Positions 1 to 8,033 of a DNA stretch of 64,000 bases are shown in pieces. The stretch spans positions 9,764-73,763 of the IMG/VR virus record IMGVR_UViG_3300042991_000201. One strand, given 5' to 3'. How positions within the stretch are numbered: position 1 is the stretch's first letter; every line of letters begins with the position of its first letter. A program made the position numbers and the translations under genes. The notes under the pieces were generated by a model. It worked only from the letters and a program-made list of their open reading frames with translations, had not been told where the DNA came from and did not search any database. This DNA is from a virus.

Positions 1-102
1 AATTCCATTTTTTGACAAGAAGGCATAGGAAGTCCATCCCGCTACCCATAGGGCCATGACAATCTGCCCAAACAGTGAAATTCGTTTTGCTTTATTTGCC
101 AT
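1..102 (-). CDS. small membrane protein, holin-like (runs off the window edge)
   Basis: ATG at 102 with GAGGAG upstream; MANKAKRISLFGQIVMALWVAGWTSYAFLSKNGI has a basic N-terminus and one hydrophobic helix; lies downstream of the tail genes. Confidence 0.45.
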   Translation of the reverse strand, partial: MANKAKRISLFGQIVMALWVAGWTSYAFLSKNGI

Positions 103-203
103 ACATAATCTCCTCAGCGTTAGGTGTATTTGCAAATGCCCCAAAGTATTCATCTAACCAGTGCACATCCTGTGCACCTATACCTACTTGCAATCCATTT
201 AAT

Positions 204-1175
204 TCAATCTTCATAGTGAATATCCTCCCCTAGTGTATAGAATGTAGGTTGAAATTTAAGTATTCTTCCATTACGAACAGTCATCTTAATAATCCAAAAG
301 CCTGTATAAGCATCCATACGTCTACCTCTCATAAATCCTGTTTGTTTCTGTATACACCCCCCTGCAACTACATAGGAACCCTTATACTTAAAAGATATGG
401 CTTTATGGTCATGTGCCGTTATCAATATACTAGGTCGATCTGATATAGGTATTGAATCTAAGATTCTCTGTCCTCTATGAGATAATGCCGCACTCGCCCC
501 AGCATCCGTACCATGGAATAATGTTATTTTAATATCATTTACTACGATAGACCCATCGTTAGTACCTAGATATCTTAAATTGCCTACAGCATTGCACACC
601 TCTTCTACTATATCAACTCCCATGCCTATTTTAGTATTAAAGGATTCATCGTGATTTCCATTTATAACATACATAGGCAGTGGGCATTGTTTGAATATGC
701 GGATAGCCTCATCTCTCTGTGCTTTATACCCAATAGATGACAACTCATATACATGAGAGGGTCTATTCATCATACCTTCTACAACGTCACCAGCATGAAC
801 TACAAATGAACAGTTCTCAGTTTGAAACTCCCTAAAAGCTGATAAAATATCTTGAGGGTCAGTATCAATACTACCTATGTGGGTATCTGCTAATACGCCA
901 AATGTAATGGTCTCCCCCGCATACGATACATCCGGGACTTGCTTAGTTACAGGAGTTATTCTACTTGAAGATATAATCCCTTTCAACTCACTGTCTGTAA
1001 ATCTCTTCTTGAGTGCTAGATATATTAAAGCCCCTTCTCCATAAATCTCTTTGTACTTTCTGCGATACCTTTCCAGTGTAGATATAGGTAATCCATATAC
1101 TTCTGATGCTCGGGTATCCCCATGAGTCAGTGCATAGTCTATTACTTCAGTTACTCTTTCTTTACCAACTGGCAT
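204..1175 (-). CDS. calcineurin-like metallophosphoesterase with N-terminal HTH-like region
   Basis: Motifs ADTHIG, HAGDVVEG, NGNHD, FHG and AHDH. Confidence 0.85.
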   Translation of the reverse strand: MPVGKERVTEVIDYALTHGDTRASEVYGLPISTLERYRRKYKEIYGEGALIYLALKKRFTDSELKGIISSSRITPVTKQVPDVSYAGETITFGVLADTHIGSIDTDPQDILSAFREFQTENCSFVVHAGDVVEGMMNRPSHVYELSSIGYKAQRDEAIRIFKQCPLPMYVINGNHDESFNTKIGMGVDIVEEVCNAVGNLRYLGTNDGSIVVNDIKITLFHGTDAGASAALSHRGQRILDSIPISDRPSILITAHDHKAISFKYKGSYVVAGGCIQKQTGFMRGRRMDAYTGFWIIKMTVRNGRILKFQPTFYTLGEDIHYED

Positions 1176-1194
1176 CGTACAAACCCCTTGATGT

Positions 1195-1223
1195 AAAAAA
1201 TAGACAGAGCTATATGCTCTGCC
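1195..1223 (-). terminator. intrinsic terminator
   Basis: Minus strand AGGCAGAGC-ATATA-GCTCTGTCT followed by ATTTTTT. Confidence 0.6.
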
Positions 1224-1226
1224 TCT

Positions 1227-1254
1227 ATTATATAATACCTACCTTATATGTCAA
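1227..1254 (-). promoter_or_regulatory. sigma70-type promoter
   Basis: TTGACA-16nt-TATAAT on the minus strand. Confidence 0.55.
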
Positions 1255-1260
1255 GTGTCC

Positions 1261-1599
1261 CTAGATTGGGTCACGTACTGTATCCCTACAACTGAAAGAA
1301 GCCTCTTCTCTATACGGTAGTCCTGTTCCGTATGTACCTGTATACGTTCCTTCTACGGTAAATACTCTTCTACCTTTATCATTTGCGAATAACAAGTCAT
1401 CTCCGCTCATTACAAACGAATATAAGGTTCCAGTTATGGTTACTGCAATCCTGTCTCGTGCATTGATGACAAGTCCTTTGGTGTCTGTTAAACTCCATAC
1501 ACACGTTGTCGGTATAAATGCAGTTCCATTTAGATCAAGGAAATTAACTATGATGACGAAGGTGCTTCCTTCATTCGGCGATTCTGATAATACGGTCAT
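1261..1599 (-). CDS. hypothetical protein, possibly a beta-rich virion accessory
   Basis: 112-aa ORF with a GGGGAGG RBS. Confidence 0.5.
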   Translation of the reverse strand: MTVLSESPNEGSTFVIIVNFLDLNGTAFIPTTCVWSLTDTKGLVINARDRIAVTITGTLYSFVMSGDDLLFANDKGRRVFTVEGTYTGTYGTGLPYREEASFSCRDTVRDPI

Positions 1600-1730
1600 G
1601 CCTCCCCCTTAATAGATGTAGTATATGTCTTGGCAGTCAACCCTATTCTGTGGGTACTGCCTAGCATACTTATAGCTGACTTCTTTGCAGAAACCAATAA
1701 ATTGAATACTCGTGATATGATAGTAGTCAT
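1596..1730 (-). CDS. small hypothetical protein (44 aa)
   Basis: MTTIISRVF... with a GAGGA RBS; ATGA overlap with the next gene. Confidence 0.4.
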   Translation of the reverse strand: MTTIISRVFNLLVSAKKSAISMLGSTHRIGLTAKTYTTSIKGEA

Positions 1731-1762
1731 TTATGTCCTCTTTTCTTTCATGCAGTTCATCT

Positions 1763-2167
1763 CTATACTTTCCAGAATATTCTTTTAGAGACTAACCGTC
1801 CCGTTCTAACCGTCTTTGAATCCCCGTAAGGATCATACTCTACTTTACCAGTACCATCTCCACATACAAAATGCCCTATTGTAGACCGCCCTTCTGTATA
1901 TTCAAAACGAAGAATCTCATATTCATCTTTTTTGGTGATATATGTATTAAGTCCTTTTGCCATTGCCCACTTTGTACCTGTCATCATCTCCATGAGTTTG
2001 ACTGGCTCTTTCACGTAGCAATCAGCCTCTATATACCCCAATTCAAGTGCTTGCCTATATACGTCGAGAGCATCTACATTCTTACGTGTCACCTTCTCTG
2101 CAAGATATACAAGACTGAATATATAGCAACCGTCCTTGCCCATTATTTCTGCTATTTTCTGATACAT
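1763..2167 (-). CDS. DUF261-like protein, putative Cys-His-Asp peptidase and candidate endolysin
   Basis: GCYIFSL...GHFV...YDPYG...SKRIF pattern recalled from Borrelia/Treponema DUF261 proteins. Confidence 0.6.
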   Translation of the reverse strand: MYQKIAEIMGKDGCYIFSLVYLAEKVTRKNVDALDVYRQALELGYIEADCYVKEPVKLMEMMTGTKWAMAKGLNTYITKKDEYEILRFEYTEGRSTIGHFVCGDGTGKVEYDPYGDSKTVRTGRLVSKRIFWKV

Positions 2168-2898
2168 GAGTCCTCCTTACCGAGTGTATACTTTATATAT
2201 GCGCTATAGTCTTTTTCCATGGCATCTAAATCTGCATATGTAGTACGTGCCAGCTTGAAGGCTCTGTTGAAGATGGTATTAACAGATTCTTCTAATATTG
2301 GCATATTCTCTTTGTGGATGGCATATAATTCTGGACGGGTCACGAGCCTTCCTCTCCAATACACGTTTAGTCCTTCAGTCACTTTCTGCATTACTACGCC
2401 ACATTTCTTGTCTATGTATGCAATCTGTTCTTCCATAGATAACTCTGCATAGTGATTTGCTTTGAACGCGGTACGCACATACGATTTTATCTCCACAGCA
2501 ATAGCCATAAGGGTAACTGTATATGCAGTATATTCTGGATGCTGAACGTATGAATCCACACCCTCTAATTTTTTACTAAGGATAGACAGGAAAAGATATT
2601 TCATAGTACCCTGTATCTCTTCTGCTGTCTCTTCGTAGAATCTCATCTGCTCTTCAAGAAGGATGTTTTTTCGCTCTTGTCGAGATTCAATATACTCTGT
2701 GGTACGGTATATCAGCTCCACGATATCTCCAGCGTAGGGGCATTTTGCGTGTGGTGAAACTTTTGGTAATGAAGATTTGCCTATAAGGATACCGGCCTTT
2801 GACAAAGACAGATATCCAACACGCCATATGATAACAATAAGCGCCATAGATATGACCGAGATAGAAGCGAAACCCCAAGGGGTAGCAAGCATTTCCAT
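2152..2898 (-). CDS. hypothetical membrane-anchored helical protein
   Basis: N-terminal TM segment (WGFASISVISMALIVIIW) followed by a helical soluble region. Confidence 0.6.
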   Translation of the reverse strand: MEMLATPWGFASISVISMALIVIIWRVGYLSLSKAGILIGKSSLPKVSPHAKCPYAGDIVELIYRTTEYIESRQERKNILLEEQMRFYEETAEEIQGTMKYLFLSILSKKLEGVDSYVQHPEYTAYTVTLMAIAVEIKSYVRTAFKANHYAELSMEEQIAYIDKKCGVVMQKVTEGLNVYWRGRLVTRPELYAIHKENMPILEESVNTIFNRAFKLARTTYADLDAMEKDYSAYIKYTLGKEDSCIRK

Positions 2899-2917
2899 TA
2901 TGACAACTCCTTATGCC

Positions 2918-3145
2918 TCAGATTCTATAGATTTTTTGTGCTTCATGCAATTCCGAGATCCTGTCCCTTGACTGCTGTCTTGCCAGTATGACATCCTCCG
3001 GCACCGCCTTGCCCGTCTCCGCCTTTCTCACCGCATACCAGTCGGTCGATGAGAGATATGCAGTCAGGGTGGCAATCTCGGTCAGCTTGTCGGCTTCAAG
3101 CTTTTCAGTATCCAGCGTGGCTTGCGTCTTCCCAGTCAAAAGCAT
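2918..3145 (-). CDS. tail fibre assembly-like small protein
   Basis: YLSSTDWY...R..ETG...P.....RQ..R pattern typical of genes following tail fibres. Confidence 0.55.
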   Translation of the reverse strand: MLLTGKTQATLDTEKLEADKLTEIATLTAYLSSTDWYAVRKAETGKAVPEDVILARQQSRDRISELHEAQKIYRI

Positions 3146-3454
3146 TTAATCATCCCCTCCAAAAATCATTCCACCTACGCTATTGTTATAGTACTCGGGG
3201 TTTACATCCCAGTATTCGGTGGTGTCCCAGCCCGTGCAGGAACCAGAATAATATCTCCGCACCGTAACAAACAATTCGCCATTCTCACGGTGCGCTTCAA
3301 GGATTACACCTTCCGTCTGTTCATTTATTTCTGGCCATGTTACTGATGCAAGGTCGAACTCGTAATCTTCGCCGTCGATACGGAGCGTGTTCTCTCCGGT
3401 TGCTTCGATGAGGGTATCTTTGGTGTCATGCACTGGTCTGTACTTCAGTTTCAT
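3146..3454 (-). CDS. tail fibre-associated protein
   Basis: LRIDGEDYEFD...HRENGELFVTV pattern; immediately downstream of the tail protein. Confidence 0.5.
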   Translation of the reverse strand: MKLKYRPVHDTKDTLIEATGENTLRIDGEDYEFDLASVTWPEINEQTEGVILEAHRENGELFVTVRRYYSGSCTGWDTTEYWDVNPEYYNNSVGGMIFGGDD

Positions 3455-3467
3455 TGTTTCTCCTTTA

Positions 3468-6400
3468 TTACTTCCAGCGGCCTATTACGTGGATATATGC
3501 GGCCTGTGCATATTGACTACGGTATACTAACGTGTACCCATTCACCTGCATCCAGACATCAAAATAACCCCCTGTCCCATTACTCGGAACCTGGGATTTA
3601 CCTATCCCTATACTGTTGTCCGAAACGCCATAGCTCCCATCAAATATGAAGGTCACAGGTAATGTCACGGCTGTTGAAACCCCTCCGCCAACGCAAGCGT
3701 TGATGGTTTTCCAGCACTCCATCGTCCCGTCGCTGTACTTTATCCATGAGCCGTTGGTGTTCGAGCCTGATTCGATGATCCCCGCGCCGATCTGGGCATA
3801 GCGCTGGAGGACTGCTAATCTTATGCTGTATACGACCCCTGCGATTTTTAGGTATACAATCGCTATTTCGCCATTGGTGGTTTGCACGGCATTAGGCTGG
3901 GCATTAACATCAGACGCGTCGATTGTGTTGTATGTAGACTTCTCGGCCCCCGTGTAGTCTACCCACCCCAAATCGCCCGTAGAGTCGTGGTTGAAGTAGA
4001 TCTGTATATTATCGCTAACATCAACGGTCACGCATGGTTGATTTATGTAATACGACGTTTCTACGCTTGGCCCGTAAAACCCAGAACTCCCGATATCCAT
4101 ATATATTTTTATAGTCGCTAATTTGGCATTGGAATTCTTATATGCCATGACAAAATGATTGTCGTGTAGATGTGCAAACGATATTGACGCACTCATGGTT
4201 GATGTTCCCACAGTCATCACATCAGCGATAGGTGTGGCGTCCCAATTATCTGCAACAAAATGATTGTACTGGTTTATTTTTAATTTTTTATTAGCACCAT
4301 CAATATACTCCCACATTGCGAATAATCTGTTATCGGGAGTTTCAAATAGCGCGACGTTTTCATCGTTCGCTATGATTGAAGCAACTTTTTGCCTGCTGGT
4401 ATACCCGGAGCCGTCCCACTTCGTGGATATGATAGCTGTGCCATACGTTGGGTCTGAAACAACCTCATACACCAACATCCTGTCGCCATTATTTCGCGAG
4501 AAATATTTCGGACAGTGCCCTTGCGCCATGGGCGATCCAAGAGTGTCTATCGTCACCGTACTCCCGGTTGCGCTACGATACTCCAGCAATTTATTACTAA
4601 GACTGTACGCAATTAAAAAGCTACCATCGTTCAAAAATATTATGGCCGGGTGAGGATGAGGGCCCGCCCCGGTTGCCAGAATGATTGATAGTTCCGGCGA
4701 CAGATCACACTTAGCCAGATGATCTCCGTCGTATAGTATCGCGCCTACCCCAAGCCGTCCGATTCGAGCGCGTAACTGCTCATTAGAAGCGGGAACAGTA
4801 TCAGGAATATCAACCCAGTCAATTTTCTCGTCATGGAGCCGCACCGCGCGTTTCTGGACGCCAGAGCCTGTCTCATATTGTATCCTTCCACCGTTAGGGA
4901 CAACAATGGATTGAGCGAATAGCTCATTGACAAAAGCCGTAACTACGCCAAGAGTCTGAAATAAAGTAGCGATCCCGTAATCAGCCGCAACACCATAACT
5001 ATTACTCTCGGCCCATGCCACATCCGTAAGTGCCTCAACAAATTTAGCTTGTATTGATGTGCTTGAAGCTGTAGTTATTCTCTCGTATGTCCAATCATTG
5101 TTCCACCAAACTCCCCGTTGTGGGGCAGTATCATCAGTGTGATATACTGTCCACCAATCACCCAAATTTGGGGAAGCAGGGTGAGCATGATCGTACCGAC
5201 CTTTGTATGATGGTGCGGTACTTGCAGTCACCCCGCCAGTGGTTATAAGTTTAGATACTCTTCTCAAAGCAATCCTATCTGCAAATCCCGCCCTACTTGC
5301 CGTGAATTGTACTGACCCCGTTAAAGTTGCATCACTAGCAAAGGCAGATACCGTCCACCTGTTAGCAAATTCTCCAGTACCGAATGAACCAGATATCCCA
5401 TTCACACTTACAGTAATACTCCATCCGGGAGTATCATCAACCCCATCACGTAATATAGACACATCAAAATACGCATTGGTCAATATAGGGCTTGATCCAT
5501 CGACATTAGCGGATACATTGATATCACTCTGGGCAACCGATATTGCTATCACTTCAGGCACAGGTGCAACAGGGTTAGCACTAAAGGTTTGGGCGGTTAG
5601 GGTACCCATATCTTCGCTGTATGCACGAACACGGTATCTATATTGTTCTGTGGACTCATTCCAAGCCTTCTCAGTTACAATGCTCACTTGATCAGTACCA
5701 TCACCAAGTAGCACCCTAACAAATTCTCCGACAGGTCGATTCTCTTCACTGATAAAACCATATTGGGTAGAGTTTATGAGATGTTGTGCGGCAAGTTTAA
5801 TAGCAAGGACATCTGCTATAGTCTTAGAAAATATAAATGTACTTACATACTTATCCAAGTCCTCTGCGGTTGTCACATTCTTTACTATGGCTTTACGCTC
5901 TGCTGTCTTATAGAGGACTTTACCGTAGACGTTAAGATAATATAAACTTAGATATCCTGCTGTAGGATTATTGACTACCAGCTCTGCCCTACGATTCTCA
6001 AATACCGATTTAGTCAACGTAAGTCCTGCATCCCCACGCCAATCCACACGATGTTCGGATGTAGCAACTATGGCGGAGAAATCGGAAGAAAACGCTTTGT
6101 AATTATAATCGAGTTTGTCAACTATAGCTTTATTTGTCCAATACTTTACGGCATTGTCATCATATTCTTGATATACGATCTGATTCAGTCCCGTAGTTTC
6201 GTCAATTACATTTGTTTCTGGGGGGTATGAGAATCCATTGGGGATCGGGTATCCTGCAAAACTACCATCACTTGCATAGGGCAATTCTCCGTCTCTATAG
6301 AGGAGCATTTCATTATTGCCTTCTGTGGTTACTGCCGCACCTAACTCGTAATATATGACTTCAGCACCATCATACGATTTTAGTGTATCCCCAATATCTA

Positions 6401-7064
6401 TCTGCTGGATTATGTTTGTCTCATTAAATTCAAAGGTCGTGGTGGCATTCTGTATCCAACGAAGTGGGCTTATTTGTCCACCAAGAGACATATTCAAGAC
6501 CCACCCATACTCAAATAGAAGGGTATCAAGGAGGTCTTTACATAAATCGTTAGGATCAGGTGGAGTGAATGCTTCTATAACATCGCTGATAACTATATTA
6601 GAGTCAATCTGACTGTCAGACAATCCACACAGATAACATAATTGGTGAACTATGGATTGAGTCTTATTAGCAGGATTCATTATCTGATAATTCCTATAAC
6701 AAATATCACCAGCGGCTTTGTCCAAGAGAGTCAATTCATCTACAGCCTCTACATTGAAAAAAGTGTTGTCCAATATGCCATTATAGGTACGAGATTTAGT
6801 TGGGGGAATTCGACCATAGAATATAACATTGAACCCTACATCGAGAACTTCTGTTATATGCACTATAACTTCTTTTTCATTATAGTGTAATAGTGGGAAG
6901 ATTACTGAATCATATATAAGAGAGAAAGAAGCAGTGTTCTGTGCAAAATGCCAATTATCAGAGAAAGCCCTTGTGGAGATTTGCAGGGTATCGTATTTAA
7001 CATACGAGGAAACATCACGGAATCCAGAGCCATCTTGAAAATCCAGATATACTTTGCGGTACAT
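3468..7064 (-). CDS. large tail/baseplate hub and receptor-binding protein
   Basis: 1198 aa downstream of the tape measure; C-terminal GSNTNGSWIKYSDGTMECW...VIGRWK tail-fibre (gp53-like) domain. Confidence 0.75.
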   Translation of the reverse strand: MYRKVYLDFQDGSGFRDVSSYVKYDTLQISTRAFSDNWHFAQNTASFSLIYDSVIFPLLHYNEKEVIVHITEVLDVGFNVIFYGRIPPTKSRTYNGILDNTFFNVEAVDELTLLDKAAGDICYRNYQIMNPANKTQSIVHQLCYLCGLSDSQIDSNIVISDVIEAFTPPDPNDLCKDLLDTLLFEYGWVLNMSLGGQISPLRWIQNATTTFEFNETNIIQQIDIGDTLKSYDGAEVIYYELGAAVTTEGNNEMLLYRDGELPYASDGSFAGYPIPNGFSYPPETNVIDETTGLNQIVYQEYDDNAVKYWTNKAIVDKLDYNYKAFSSDFSAIVATSEHRVDWRGDAGLTLTKSVFENRRAELVVNNPTAGYLSLYYLNVYGKVLYKTAERKAIVKNVTTAEDLDKYVSTFIFSKTIADVLAIKLAAQHLINSTQYGFISEENRPVGEFVRVLLGDGTDQVSIVTEKAWNESTEQYRYRVRAYSEDMGTLTAQTFSANPVAPVPEVIAISVAQSDINVSANVDGSSPILTNAYFDVSILRDGVDDTPGWSITVSVNGISGSFGTGEFANRWTVSAFASDATLTGSVQFTASRAGFADRIALRRVSKLITTGGVTASTAPSYKGRYDHAHPASPNLGDWWTVYHTDDTAPQRGVWWNNDWTYERITTASSTSIQAKFVEALTDVAWAESNSYGVAADYGIATLFQTLGVVTAFVNELFAQSIVVPNGGRIQYETGSGVQKRAVRLHDEKIDWVDIPDTVPASNEQLRARIGRLGVGAILYDGDHLAKCDLSPELSIILATGAGPHPHPAIIFLNDGSFLIAYSLSNKLLEYRSATGSTVTIDTLGSPMAQGHCPKYFSRNNGDRMLVYEVVSDPTYGTAIISTKWDGSGYTSRQKVASIIANDENVALFETPDNRLFAMWEYIDGANKKLKINQYNHFVADNWDATPIADVMTVGTSTMSASISFAHLHDNHFVMAYKNSNAKLATIKIYMDIGSSGFYGPSVETSYYINQPCVTVDVSDNIQIYFNHDSTGDLGWVDYTGAEKSTYNTIDASDVNAQPNAVQTTNGEIAIVYLKIAGVVYSIRLAVLQRYAQIGAGIIESGSNTNGSWIKYSDGTMECWKTINACVGGGVSTAVTLPVTFIFDGSYGVSDNSIGIGKSQVPSNGTGGYFDVWMQVNGYTLVYRSQYAQAAYIHVIGRWK

Positions 7065-7130
7065 TCCTATGTCCTCCTATGGGGTCTACGTTATAGAAAA
7101 TAAACTAGAATATACCGCTCTGTCAAGACC

Positions 7131-7883
7131 CTAGAGTATTATAAATGTAAATACAATAAGAGATAGTACAATAGCAATGCCAAGATATATTCGTTTGAAT
7201 ATCTTGACAGCTATGGGATATAAATAATTGTTCTCTGCTGATTCAACTCTCGCATTGTCTAGGAACCCTCTATATGCTTCAGTATCATGGGCATACACAA
7301 GAGAAGACATTGGCAATAGAGAAGTCTTACCCTTCTTTATTGCTGGAACTATATGTGTATACAGCATCCAGACTGGCGCCAATTTTGGCACTATATCGTT
7401 TCCATTAACAAGACGCACAATGCCAGCACACCGTTGTTTAACTAACCTAGAACCAAGCAAGCCAAATACTCTTGGAGAACCTGTAACAAGACACGATACT
7501 GGAACGGTGACTGTACCTATCTCTTTCAGATACGCCATATCCTCATAACACAGAGTTGCTATAGCGGCTCCGAGAGAATGGCCTGAGATATGAATTGAAT
7601 CAAACTCTGATTTACGAGTAGATACAAACAAAAGAATATCATCTCGACAAATTTTATATATTTTCAGAAATCCAGCATGGACGAAGAATGTGCGTTTCAT
7701 CTGTTTATATGGCTTTTTCCAGAACATAAAATTGTGAATCCAGTCTTTCGCAGACACAGAACCTAGGAACCCTATATAGAGAGTACGGTCTTTAATCCCT
7801 ATAGACAATTCCACATCTTTAGAAGGGTCTATTGTCTTGTAGGGGAAAGTGGGATTAAAGCATAAATCAATTTCTTTTTGCAT
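7131..7883 (-). CDS. class 3 lipase (alpha/beta hydrolase) with C-terminal TM anchor
   Basis: VHAGF, GHSLG nucleophile, GSPRV, NDIVP and AHD motifs; hydrophobic tail IYLGIAIVLSLIVFTFIIL. Confidence 0.85.
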   Translation of the reverse strand: MQKEIDLCFNPTFPYKTIDPSKDVELSIGIKDRTLYIGFLGSVSAKDWIHNFMFWKKPYKQMKRTFFVHAGFLKIYKICRDDILLFVSTRKSEFDSIHISGHSLGAAIATLCYEDMAYLKEIGTVTVPVSCLVTGSPRVFGLLGSRLVKQRCAGIVRLVNGNDIVPKLAPVWMLYTHIVPAIKKGKTSLLPMSSLVYAHDTEAYRGFLDNARVESAENNYLYPIAVKIFKRIYLGIAIVLSLIVFTFIIL

Positions 7884-8018
7884 TTATACAGTCTCCAATT
7901 CATTTAGTGTCAGACGAGCTTCTTCCCTTTTAGTCAATTTATCAACATACTTCCCAAGCAAAGCTATGATGTTTCTCCTATACACTATAACTTCGCTTAT
8001 CTGTACACTATCAGCCAT
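7884..8018 (-). CDS. small hypothetical protein (44 aa)
   Basis: MADSVQISEV... with an AGGAG RBS; its stop abuts the lipase ATG. Confidence 0.45.
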   Translation of the reverse strand: MADSVQISEVIVYRRNIIALLGKYVDKLTKREEARLTLNELETV

Positions 8019-8033
8019 ATTAGTGTGTCTCCT

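Noticed and set aside
3468-3800. Diversity-generating retroelement variable region in the tail protein
   Set aside because: No reverse transcriptase and no template repeat were found in the window.
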